Positions 11,204 to 22,844 of a DNA stretch of 42,370 nt are shown in pieces. This DNA is from Welwitschia mirabilis (taxonomy: Eukaryota): the NCBI GenBank assembly GCA_051453625.1, contig JBOZIK010000001.1:11637181-11679550 (forward strand). Reading direction: 5' to 3'. Numbering within the stretch: position 1 is the stretch's first letter; each line of letters begins with the position of its first letter. The notes beneath the pieces were generated by a model, which saw only the letters and a program-made list of their open reading frames with translations, was not told the DNA's origin and did no database searches. Made by a program: the position numbers and the translations under genes.

Positions 11204-12625
11204 TACATTAATTTTAGTATAATGTTCAGATTTAAACTAAATGAAACATTTAGTATCTTTCTTTCACAGGAATGTATAAGATAAATTAATCAAAAGATAC
11301 AAGACTATTCTACTTGTAATAGATACTTAAACAAAATAAAACTAGAAGTTGAGAGAAATAAAGTGATCTTCAATTAGCAATGCAAGGGAATGAAAATGCT
11401 CTAAGGATATAGTGATTTATTAATCTCTATCCCTTTGCTTCAATGATTTCTATATTTGAAATATACACTAAATCATCAAGTTGTTAAGGCTTAACATGGA
11501 GACATAATCTCATCCATACATGGATGTTGATGAGTTATCAAGTCCTCTTACTACTTCATAGCCCTTTATAAGCATAAAAAGTATAAATAGAAGTGCACAA
11601 GATCCATCAAATAATAGGAACTATAAATCACGAAAGTAACATTAAATAACTCACACAGTTTGAAAGAACTTGAGAGATTGCTAATACCATTTTACTGTGC
11701 ATTATAAATGAAAGAATAAAACCTACTTTAAAAACTAATCCTACATAAACATTGCTAATACTAATCAAAATTATGCATTAATAATAAAAGATATTAAATC
11801 AATTCTTATATTAAACTTAAAAGAAAAGTACATTACATTAATGGAGGAGGAGAAGAAGATGAACTTCTCAACTAGTCATAGATCATTTTGCTCCCAAGAA
11901 AGAGTGTTAGAGAACCATGATGTCCTAGCCTCTAAGTCTTTTCCATGATAAGTTAACCAAAAAATGAATACAATGAATGGTTTAAGTCCCTTTTATAGGA
12001 AGAGATGGGGGTGAGAAGTGGTTACAAGCTTTTGGCTTATAGCATTAAGTAGAATGATAATGGTTACAAGCTCTTAGCTTATAACATTAGGTAGAATCTT
12101 CATCATTTATCATTAGGTAGATATGATTCTGTCTTGTAGCATTTGGTGTAAGTTATCTTCTAGTATTAGGTAGATAAGATTTTGTCCTCTAGTATTAGGT
12201 ATAATCTTCATCATTTAGCATTTGATGGAGGTTGTGTTATAGTATTTGGTGGAGATTATCATGTAGCATTAGTGAAATCTTTATCATGATAAGTTCAACA
12301 GATGTTCTTTAGAGTCAGATTCTTTTAGCAACTGATGCTATTTCTAAATGTTTCAACTGCAACCTTCTCATACCTTTACCACATGTCTTACAATGCTACA
12401 ACTATGTGTTGTCACCTCATTTCTCCATTACCACTATTTTTTATGCAGAATTATGTTCATCTTCTACCATGTGTTGCAAAATGTGGCTAAAGAACATAAT
12501 ATTAAATTATATTTTAAAAATAATAAAATACATCATTTTATGATAAATTAATAAATTAAGTGTATTTCCTTATTCTAAATTAATCAATTATACTTGCTTA
12601 AAATATCAACTTTGGTGTACAAACA
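11204..12625 (-). repeat. 3' LTR of element C
   Basis: Colinear with 16923-18365; starts TGTTTG on the minus strand after the PPT; minus-strand TATA cctataaaaggg at ~11988-11999. Confidence 0.9.
12018..12280. repeat. Degenerate minisatellite (core TAGCATTAGGTAGA) in U3 of the C 3' LTR
   Basis: About 9-10 imperfect copies of tag[ct]att[at]ggt[ag]ga at 25-45 bp spacing. Confidence 0.8.
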
Positions 12626-12637
12626 CACCCCCTAATC
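12626..12637 (-). promoter_or_regulatory. Polypurine tract of element C
   Basis: Reverse complement gattagggggtg adjacent to the LTR start. Confidence 0.75.
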
Positions 12638-13849
12638 AATGTTTTGCTAGACCCTTAGTAAAAAGGTGATAAAGAAATGGTGAAGCATGGAGAAATTAAC
12701 TAAGTGAAAATGGCAAGTGAGGAAATGATATGACATTTTGTGAAAATGTTTGATTTATTTTTAATAATTAAGCATCAAAATTAGAACAAAATTATATAAA
12801 AGCATATGCCATACCCCTAATCAAAATTAAACTTTATCCTCAAAGTTACAAAGATAGAAAATTTATATAAGGCTTTAGAGAACAAGTTACTTAGACTAGT
12901 ACTAGATGATGATGCATGTATTTATAGAAAACCACACATGCAAGGCTTAAACTAAAATGCAAATTTTAACAAACACATAACATGAAATCCAATGAAAATT
13001 CATTTTCTACAAATTTAAAAGATAGATTACCTAGATTAATGACCACATTTTAAATTTTATTTTAAATTTAGATGTATCACATTAGTTTAAAAAAATTATA
13101 TCCTCTAATTAAACTTGCAAGTCATCAAAAATTAGTTAAGCAAATTCTCAAATAGGTAAGTTAAGGAAAATTAATCACAAAAAGCATCTCCTAATTCCAC
13201 CTTTTATCATTCCAATTTACCTTTTCTATAATTATGCTTTATGACTTATTTCAAATATTTTAATCTAATTGAGCATTAAGTGTTATGACATATCCTTCCA
13301 ATAGAGTTAAACATTTTGATTTATGAAGGAGTCAATGCTACATTGTCAATAAGCATTTATAGCCCTGATGTAGTTGAACATGTCATAAGTTAAATCATTA
13401 GAGATGCACTGCCTATGAGCGTTCATAGTCCCGATGTAGTTAACTAAACCTAATTTTAATTGATTATAAAATAATGTGCTTTTGGAGAGAAGATGTTTTT
13501 ATTTTCTTTTTAATCATCTTTCTCACATTCAATACATTTTTATGCACATAAGGAGTTATTGGCTCATTAGCCTAATCAAGACAAATTTTATCCCCATAAA
13601 ATGCTTGTAAAATAATTAACTTAGCAAGAAAGTAGATTTCACCTTAATTTAACCATATTTTTCCATGGGAACACCTTAAGTAAAACTTAACTTTAATAAG
13701 TTAACTCGAAAATAAGCAAAACTTCTTTTCAAAAAACTATAGGTAGACTAAAATTCTAACTAATTGGTAATAATAAAGTTATTACTTATTAATGATTTAT
13801 TCACTTAGGGCCATCAACCAAGATCATCTAATCTAATGAATTCATGGAT

Positions 13850-16080
13850 AGATGAAAAGGGTGGGCGGTTGGTGAAGTTAAGGAGGTGGAGAAAAAATGG
13901 AAGGGATGGGAAGTTGAGTTTTAGGTTGTGATAACTTATTTGATGATGTGGATGATATTTGGGATTTTCTACTTGAAAATTCTTAAGATGATGATTATAT
14001 AGGTGGAAGTGATTGCAAGGTTTTAAATGAGAAATGGCATCAAGCACAAAATTTTTAAGAATTTTTAATTTTTCAAACCAAAATTTATTCTAAAAGAAAA
14101 GTCTATACTTAAATAAAAATCTAATCTAAATGCATGTAACGAAATGAAAAATTTTTCAATGTTTTTCCCAAGGTGTTGCAAATGTAAAGGCTCAAAACAA
14201 TAAATGCAACATTCAAATAATAAGTTCAAATTATACAACACATTCAAATAGGTGATGAAATCCCTATAAACATATATACCTGAATAGAAAAAATTAGGCA
14301 GAACATTAACCCTAGTAGTAAAATTAATTTATTTGAAATCAGAAAATTTCCAACCCTTTGTCCATTCCTATTTACTTAACAACTCACGCAAGACATCGTC
14401 TTGAGATAAAGACAAATGTGAAGTGAAACCATTGAAGGTAAATGATCATCAATAGAAGTCTTAGAAGATGCTTCTAAAAGTATGGACATGTCTTCATCAT
14501 CAAGGTTTAATCCTTGCTTAGAACGTAAAGATGAGAATGTCATTATTGGTTTAGGGGATTGTTGAGAAAAAGATTTTTCAAAAGGTAAATCTTGAAATGG
14601 CTCTTAACTAATGTTTGCTTCCTTATTAAGGTTGATAAAGAATTTTTACTCACAAGGTTGTGTAGATTACTTGGTTAAGATTCAAGAATAGGTTCAATTC
14701 CACTTTTGTCCATGTTACTCATTGATTCATCCTATGATGTACAACATCCAAATTTTTCTTGTCCCTTACATGTTTTCTCACTGACTATGGATTGATCATC
14801 ATTAAAAGTATCNNNNNNNNNNNNNNNNNNNNNNNNNNNNNNNNNNNNNNNNNNNNNNNNNNNNNNNNNNNNNNNNNNNNNNNNNNNNNNNNNNNNNNNN
14901 NNNNNNNNNNNNAGATGAAAATGAAATTATTGGTTTAAGGGGTTATTAAGAAAAATATTTTTCAAGGAATGGATCATGTTGAATATCTTAGTTAATATTC
15001 TCCATTTTATTAAGCTTTTCAAGGGATTCTCCCTCACAAGATTTTGGAGGTGACAAATATTGAGGTTTAAAGATAGGTTCAATTTCACTGTTATCCACGT
15101 TTCTCATTGATTCATCCTCTGATGTGTAGCATTCCAATTTTTCTTCTTCCTCAAATATTTTCTTACTTACTATGGATTGATCATCGTCATCTAAAGTTTT
15201 TAATTCCATTTCAAAGTATAATTTATGTTCATGCAAATGTTCACTCTCTAAGTAATGTTTAAACTCAAGGTTTTTTCAGATTTCATCATTGGTTTCTTTA
15301 TAATTTTATTTTTCATTCCTAAGAGATGAGGTTTTGTTGCTATTGATTTTAGTTTCACTAATCCTTTAATGTTATTTAGGATTATGGACTCATAGAATCT
15401 AGGAGGGTTTTCTTCTTATAGGTCATTAGAGATTTTAGTAGTAACTTGAATTAATTATTGGATATCTTACTCAAGCCTTTAATTTATTTGCATTTGTCTT
15501 TGGTTTATTTTCTCAAGTCTTTAATTTATTTACTCATGCATGAATCTGGTAAAGGTGTCTTCAAATAAATTTAAAGAGGATCTTTAAGTGTTAGAAGAAG
15601 ATTCAAAACTACCTTCTATAAATTTTTAAAAGGTATCCTCAAGGGAAGGTAAGGTGGTTTATTGGTTGTATGAAGTTGATAGGTGGTGATTAAATGATGA
15701 AGGATATGAAAATGACAATGAAGGATATGGATTAAAAGATGATGAATGTAAATACAATGGTGAATAATAAGGATAATGAGGGATGAAGCAAGAAGTGGGA
15801 TTAAACTCTCTTAAGTCATAACAGGGATTTTCAAGTTTAAAGTTATAAGGAGTTTGATCTGTGCATGGAGAAGGTTGAGGGTAATCTTCAAAGATCTATC
15901 TATTATCAAAAGGATCTAGGAGCAGTGGTTGTTATAAGTTACATTGAAGGTAATTCCCTAAAGTTCATTTTGATTTTATAAAATCTCTTACTATTCATTT
16001 AGATTGATTATCATTCCAGAAACTATAGGAATATACATGTTGATGACTAGAAGCTATTTTGAAATGGATTTAAGATGCAA
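13850..16080 (-). pseudogene. Decayed low-complexity coding-like region of element C (possibly gag C-terminus derived), limits approximate
   Basis: Minus-strand P/S/Y-rich stretch (PHYPYYSPLYLHSSSFNPYPSLSFSYPSSF, ~15680-15800), a coiled-coil-like stretch, and acidic ORF 14988..15236; no diagnostic domain recognised. Confidence 0.45.
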
Positions 16081-16614
16081 CTAATGGTTTAAGCTTAAGA
16101 AAAGGGGAACTATTTTGGTTAAAAATTAACATTTTCTATGTTTTCCATGATTTTGAAAGAATCTTATAATTAAAGAAAACGTTTAGAGAGGTTATAAGTG
16201 ATTTCATGTGAAAGCTTAAAATGGTTTGATTTATAGATTTTGAGAAAAAGATAAGAAAAACCCGAAAATATTTGAAACTCACATTTTTTAAACCTAGGAA
16301 AATAAACCTAATATTTTTTTATTTTTTTAAAAATTCTTAACAGAAATGGAAACTAACAGATCTGAAAAATGTATAAAGAATTTGTAAAAATAAAAAAACA
16401 CATGAAACACACAAATTGGTAGAGCTTGGTTTAGTTTAAATCATGATATTAGGTTTGGTTACACCTCTAAGAAAAATAGTTAGACCTATAACTCAAAAAT
16501 AAAAGATATAAAATTGATGTTTCAAATATTTGAAAGATAATCAAACTTAACAACTTGGACTGGTTTAGGTTTTATTGGAAATGGATCATTACCTATCATT
16601 GAAAAGGAAAATTC

Positions 16615-16617
<3 letters not shown>

Positions 16618-16673
<56 letters not shown>
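16618..16673. repeat. (AC)n microsatellite, at least 28 units, running into an assembly gap
   Basis: Direct reading; N run 16674-16904 follows. Confidence 0.98.
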
Positions 16674-16904
16674 NNNNNNNNNNNNNNNNNNNNNNNNNNN
16701 NNNNNNNNNNNNNNNNNNNNNNNNNNNNNNNNNNNNNNNNNNNNNNNNNNNNNNNNNNNNNNNNNNNNNNNNNNNNNNNNNNNNNNNNNNNNNNNNNNNN
16801 NNNNNNNNNNNNNNNNNNNNNNNNNNNNNNNNNNNNNNNNNNNNNNNNNNNNNNNNNNNNNNNNNNNNNNNNNNNNNNNNNNNNNNNNNNNNNNNNNNNN
16901 NNNN

Positions 16905-16918
16905 TAGCAATGGTACCA
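16905..16918 (-). promoter_or_regulatory. Primer-binding site (tRNA-Asp type) of element C, truncated by the gap
   Basis: Reverse complement TGGTACCATTGCTA versus the Athila consensus TGGCGCCGTTGCCG; all differences are C>T or G>A. Confidence 0.75.
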
Positions 16919-16922
16919 AAAA

Positions 16923-18365
16923 TCTATTAATTATAGTACAATGTCTAGATTTAAACTAAATGAAACATTTAGTATCATTCTTTCATAGTGATGTATGAGA
17001 TAAATTAATCAAAAGATACAAAACTATTCTACTTGTAATGAAAACTCAAACAAAAAAACATTGAAGTTGAAATAAAGAAAGTGATATCTAATTAGTAATG
17101 CAAGGAAATAAAAATGATTTAAGGATCCAATGATTCATCCATATCTCCTATTTTTCTTCAATGATTCCTGTATTTGAAATATACACTAAATTAACAAATC
17201 ATTAAGACTCAACATGGAGACATAATCTCATCCACCACATAAGTGTTGGTGAGTTTTCAAGTCCTCTCGCTACTTCATAGCCCTTTATAAGCATGAAAAT
17301 TATAAACTAAAGCATATAAGATCCATCAAAGAATAGGAACTATAAATCAAAAAAGTAACATTAAATAACTCACATGGTTTAAAAGAACTTGATAATTAAG
17401 TAAGTTTTACCTAAAAATTACTAATACATTTTACTGTGCATTACCAATAAAATAATAAAACCTACTTTAAGAACTAATCATACTTAAACATTGCTAATAC
17501 TAATTAAAATTATGCATTAGCAATAAAAAGGATTAAATAAAATATTGTATTAAACTTAAAAGAAATGTACATTACATCAATGAAGGTGGAGAAGAAGAAG
17601 AACTTCTAAACTGGCCATGGATTATTCCATCCACAAGAAAGAGTGTTAGAGCATCATGACATCCTAGTCTCCAAGTCTTCCCCATAATAACCCAACCAAA
17701 AGATGAATAGAATAAAGGGTATAAAACCCTTTTATAGGAAGAGATATGGGTGAGAAGTAGTTACAAGCTTTTGTATTATAGCGTTAGGTAGAAGGGTAGT
17801 GGTTACAAGCTCTTGGCTTATAGTGTTAATAAAATCTTCATCATTTAGCATTAGGTCGATAAGATTTTGTCTTATAGCATTTGGTATAACTTGTTTTATA
17901 GCATTAGGTAGATAAGATTTTTTCTTCTAGTGTTAGGTAGAATCTTCATCATTTAGCATTTGGTAGAGGCTATCTTACAGTATTTGTAGAGATTGTCATG
18001 TAGTGTTTAGTGGAATCTTTGTTATGATAAGTTCAACACATGTCCTTTGAGTTGGATTCCTCTACCAATCAATTATATTGCTAAATTTATCTACTACGAC
18101 CTTTTCATACCATTACCACATCTCTTCCAATGCTACAACTACATGTCATCACCTTATTTCTTCATTTTTACTATTGTTTTATATGGAATTATATTCATCT
18201 TCTTCCATGCATTGTAAAACATGGCTAAAGAACATAATATTAAATTTTATTTTAACAATAATAGAAGACATTATTTTATAATAAATCAATAAATTAAGGG
18301 TCTTTTCTTATTCTAAATTAATCAATTATACTTGTTTAAAATGTTAATTTTTACATGCAACAACA
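16923..18365 (-). repeat. 5' LTR of element C
   Basis: Colinear with 11204-12625, adjacent to the PBS, contains the same minisatellite at ~17757-18015. Confidence 0.9.
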
Positions 18366-18699
18366 TAGAACTAGAAAATTCTTGTGGAGGCTTAATATTT
18401 GAATTATTTAATAGATGTTGAATAGGAGTTGAAACTCAAAATTAATTACTTTTATTCTATTTTTTCCTTAATTTGTATAGTTGTAGTTGGATGACTTTTT
18501 AAATCTTACCTCTTTTTCTTGGAACATGTTACTGAGGTGAGGTCCTTATAGATTTCTCCTCATCTCTAACTATAGTCTTTTGTATATGTTTATTTTTCTC
18601 TATTAAAAATTCTATTCCTTCCCTTTAATTATGAGAACATAATCAAGTATATAATACTATTTAACATCCTCCTATATCAAATTAGATCCACATATGATA

Positions 18700-19440
18700 A
18701 GAATGAGCATGACATTTTTCTTAGTTAAATAAAGGCAGATCTATGAAACGGAGTATGTAAGAAAGGAATTTAACATCATCATTTATTCCTTCCCCATCAT
18801 ATCCAAGAAATATAAAAAAGAAATGATTTTAGTTTGTAGATGAATTTTCATGGGGTTTTAGCATTACCAAATTCAAAAAGCCATTTTAATGATTTACTTA
18901 AAAATTTAAGTTAATGACCTCACTCAAAAGAGATGAAAGACCATAAGTTTAAATGCCCTAGTAATGATAAGGACCTCTTATCATTATAGGTAATAACAAT
19001 AATCATAGCTAAAAGAATCTCAAATTATGAATCAATAACCCCATATTAGGGATTAAGAGAAACTTTATCCTTTAAGTAAGAAAATAAATTAAATATTTAT
19101 AAGTATCATGATTTGATCATCTGTAAATGTCTAAGTGGAGTAGGCCATGAATGGGCTTTGTAAACTTCCTTGTGTAAGGAAGCAATCTTACTTCTAATAA
19201 ATAATTTATTGATACATTTTTACAAGATTATTAATATTTATGAACTTTCATTTTCATAAAGGCTTAACCTAAAGTAAATAAATGGTTGTGATATTTATAG
19301 CTTACATCTCTCACATAGAGATCCTTCTAACACTTATCTAGAAATACAATCATCCAAATAATTCCATGTGTCTATTAGATTGAATATTTTTGAATCATTT
19401 ACATAAATATATGATGCCCCTATTTAAGATGAGGAATTTC
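18700..19440. repeat. Unidentified diverged repeat, left copy (homologous to 41560-42310)
   Basis: Shared colinear blocks such as gaatctcaaattatg, actttatccttt[ag]agtaaga, aactttcat[ct]ttcataaagg. Confidence 0.75.
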
Positions 19441-19592
19441 TTTTTAAAGAAAACTTTAGAAATAATAAGACATATATCCTTAAAAGATAAATGAGTTTAT
19501 TAACTTATAAGTTAAGAACTAGTAAAAATTTAAGCTAAATATTCAAGATAATTTGTGAAAGGGGTAACTTCTAAGAGACCTATGAAGATATC

Positions 19593-20417
19593 CGTTGGAA
19601 CTTTTCTTTTAATTCCCAGTCATCCTTACTATGGAGGTAATCTAGTTAAGATGACCCAGATGAAGTTCCCATAAATCTATGCATACTATTTGTGGCATGA
19701 ATCCTTAGCATAAAAAGACTCAGTTTTAGCACTTCTTTAAACTCTTAACCCTACGCTAGATGATCAATAAATTAACAGTAATGCAGATTTCCTACTATAA
19801 CGAAGGCTATTATACCAGTCTTACTTCATTGTAAATAAATAGATAAATGAAAACCTATAGATTTAATAATAAAGTGCATTAAATGAATAAAAATATAAGT
19901 TCCAAAAAACTGCTACAATTATCTTTAATGAAATCTAGGTGCTCCTTCAAATCTAAGAACTTTCTTAAAAAAAGAATAAAATAAATAATGACAAAACATT
20001 ATAAAAATAATAGAATATAGAATAAGATCATGAATTCTTGAAATAATAGTTCTTGTTAACTCCTTCTTTTTTGTCATCCAAGAAGTATTAAGAGATTAAA
20101 AATGATTACATCATGGTATTACCCCTTCAAAATCATTAGGCTTTAACAAATAAAATAACTCAAACTTGTGACTAATCACTGTCTATCACATGTTTCTAAT
20201 AAAACTACTTTCAGATACGTTTTGTATAACTTTTTTATATGCAAGTCCCATGCAAAAGAGTAAATAATAGAAATACATTAAATATTTAATTTAATTACAT
20301 ATAAATAAGAATATATAATCTAATAAGCTATTTTCAAAGAGTACTAAAACATCTAAGAACTATATCATAATTAAATAGAAACTAAACATAAAAAATATAT
20401 CAAATTAACCTCTAACA
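19593..20417 (-). repeat. 3' LTR of element D (~0.82 kb)
   Basis: Colinear with 40694-41487 (gttgga.cttttcttttaatt, ctttaaactcttaacccta, aatgattacatcatggt, ctaaaacatctaagaa); minus-strand start TGTTAG after the PPT. Confidence 0.9.
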
Positions 20418-20433
20418 TAGCCCTCTACCTACC
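20418..20433 (-). promoter_or_regulatory. Polypurine tract of element D
   Basis: Reverse complement ggtaggtagagggcta adjacent to the LTR. Confidence 0.8.
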
Positions 20434-20759
20434 TTTTAATAGTTCCTATTAAGTCATCTCCTATTACTCATGAAATTTAATAGTTTATCCACACTAAATT
20501 AATCATTAAAAGTGCTACCACTCCAACTTTTGTGAAGAGAATGAATTTTTTACTTTAATGTGGTGATCTTAGCTATCATACTTTTAATTAATCTAGCTTG
20601 ATGATTAAATAGTTTTGTGTATTAATTTCTACATGATTTAACTTATATTAAGTCTTCAATTAAACATTTTTTAGCTTATTATAATATCCTTGAGTTTCTC
20701 TATAAGTGGTGGCTATTAACTACTAGTATCCTAAGTTAATCCTATTCTTGCCATCTTTG

Positions 20760-22844
20760 GAGCAGTGTCTTCTTCTATCCCATTTATATTGAGTTCAAAT
20801 ACCTCCAAGAGGTGGTTATGCAAATTATAATTCTATAAATACTATACACCTTATAATCTCATAATATTTTGGTAGCATAAAATTTTGTGAATTATGAAAA
20901 AAAAAGGAAGATAACGTAATTTATAGATTCCAATAGTTTTCTTTATTCTTTTGAAAATACCATATGGTAGACTTACCTACAAGCTATCTAAAATTTTCAC
21001 ACATAATTCCACATGATAAATAGTTACTTGAAATATTTGTAATACTCCAAAAAACCTTTTGACTAACCCTTATGATAAAATTTTATAGATTTTGTTTAAC
21101 ATATACCACTTCCATCCTTCTGTTGTTTCCAATGCATGTGCTTTCAAAATGCCTTTATTTTTAGTTGCAACAATAACTCTTTTCTTGTTTTATACTTTAT
21201 GGTTCTTCTTTCAAAGAGGAACATTTTCATAGGATATTACTATGAATCATCCAATGATGTCAAGATTAACTATAATTTGGACATTATTAATAAAGGAAAA
21301 AAGAACATCCTCTATATTACTACTAATAGAAAATTAGGTTTCTAATTTGAGGCTAGCATAAAATTATTTGACTTCTTAAGAAAATTACTTACTTTGATAA
21401 GAGACCAAATAATCAAATCCAAAAATTTTAATCTTATCATAAATAACTAGACAGAGCTGAAAAAATAAAAATAACATGTTATTTTCTTTTATAAAAGTTC
21501 ATTTAACCATGGCTGTAAGCTTGGACTTTTCTTCATCAGTCAATGCTATCAACAACTGTATGCCATCTTGCATAGTCATCTCCACTTTAGGTAATGAAGC
21601 TCTTTCCTCCTTTGTCTCATGTATTTCTTTCTCATGTTCTAGCTATTCTTGTATTTTAAGTAAATCTTATATCATAGCCTATGTCCTTATTTGTCTTATA
21701 GCTTTGGTCTTAGAACTTCTTTTCATAGGGACTAATGCCTCTTCCTTTATTGTAGTTTCAACCAATTTCATTAGTTTACTCTTTCATCCAATTAGTTGTT
21801 CAGCCTTTCATTTTCTTGTATATTTTTCCTTTTTTAACATTCCTTCTTATTCAGTGTTAGGTAGATACTCAAAGCTTGATGTCTTAATAGTCTCTATTAG
21901 GGATTTCTCTAAAATTTCTAGGTAACCTACAACTTGTTTGTAAAAAAGGGTGGTGTTATCAGGCTTTTTAATTCTATTTTTAAGGAAAGATTTGCTTTTG
22001 ATAATTCTTTTGATGACAAGCTAAGAAGGTTCAAAGACATCTTTCAAAGTTTTATTTACTAGCTACTTATTCCCCTGTTCTTTTTCTTATTGCTCTTATC
22101 TAACCTTCTTCTGAATCTAAGCTTTAGTTTTAACTCTGGAAGTCTTTTGTAATTACTTTCCTTTCTACTTCTTAGCTGCATTCCTTTTTTCCTTTAATAT
22201 ATATTTCTTATTTTCCATTGACTCATGTTTTAATATTGAATTACTTAATTAACTAGGCTAAATTGGCTATGAATTTCTATGGAGGTTTTTTTTAATTATC
22301 CAAATTAATTAATAGCTTATTCTTGAGAAGGTGTTTTAGTCACTAATGATTTCTCCACTGGCTATTCTACTAGTTTATTCTTAGAGTTTTCTTCTTTCTC
22401 TACATATTTTCCTTCCTTAATTTCTTAGCCAATTTGTACTTTTCTTTCAAATTTTTTGCATTTGTTTTATATTTTATATAAGATCTTCCTTTTTTAAGCT
22501 TCAAATATCCTTCTTTTCTTTGCATTTTTGGAATTATTACAACTTTCTCTAGTTTGTTATCCTTCATTCAAGCTAATTTCCTATTTTTAAACTCTGAAAG
22601 GACATGTTGATATCCTGGTGTTTTCCCCCCAAGATTTTATTATCTCTAGGTACCTATACAAGGGCTACTAAGAGGTTTAAAAACTNNNNNNTGATGAGAT
22701 TTGATTATTTTCAACTCATGATAGTTGTTACTTCCTTGCATTGATCTCTAAAATAGTAAAGCTGAGTCCCACACACCTTGCAGAAGAGAAAGAAGGCATA
22801 CTTTTACATAAAAGTTAAGATATATATTTCTACTAATAAGCCAT
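20760..22844 (-). pseudogene. Decayed additional ORF 3' of pol in element D (env-like position), K/E-rich; limits approximate
   Basis: Minus frame reads LEILEKSLIETIKTSSFEYLPNTE*EGMLKKEK...DLLKIQE*LEHEKEIHETKEERASLPKVEMTMQDGIQLLIALTDEEKSKLTAMVK; the stops could each arise from CAA/CAG/CGA by C>T. Confidence 0.6.

Larger units (their letters stand above)
11204..18365 (-). mobile_element. Element C: non-autonomous Athila-related LTR retrotransposon with no recognisable pol
   Basis: Two ~1.4 kb direct repeats, PBS at 16905-16918, PPT at 12626-12637, 4.3 kb interior without PR/RT/RH/INT motifs. TSD not recognisable; ends +/-3 bp. Confidence 0.85.

Noticed and set aside
11197..11204. Target-site duplication for C
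   Set aside because: Left flank (tggtg or aatgg) does not match the right flank (tagaa or acata) under either boundary choice.
12018..12280. Repeat-spacer-like array suggesting CRISPR
   Set aside because: Repeats are degenerate, spacers recur, the array is inside both LTRs, there are no cas genes, and the context is eukaryotic.
16575..16919. ORFs with THTH/VCVC repeats
   Set aside because: Artefacts of the (AC)n tract and the N run.
19586..19593. Target-site duplication for D (atatc or tatcc versus tattt at 41488-41492)
   Set aside because: Needs two changes plus a boundary shift, and the outer end of the 5' LTR is ambiguous.
21476..21925. 149-aa hydrophobic ORF on the plus strand that looks like a membrane protein
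   Set aside because: It is the antisense shadow of the K/E-rich minus-strand ORF remnant; the F/S/L richness follows from the complement of A/G-rich codons.
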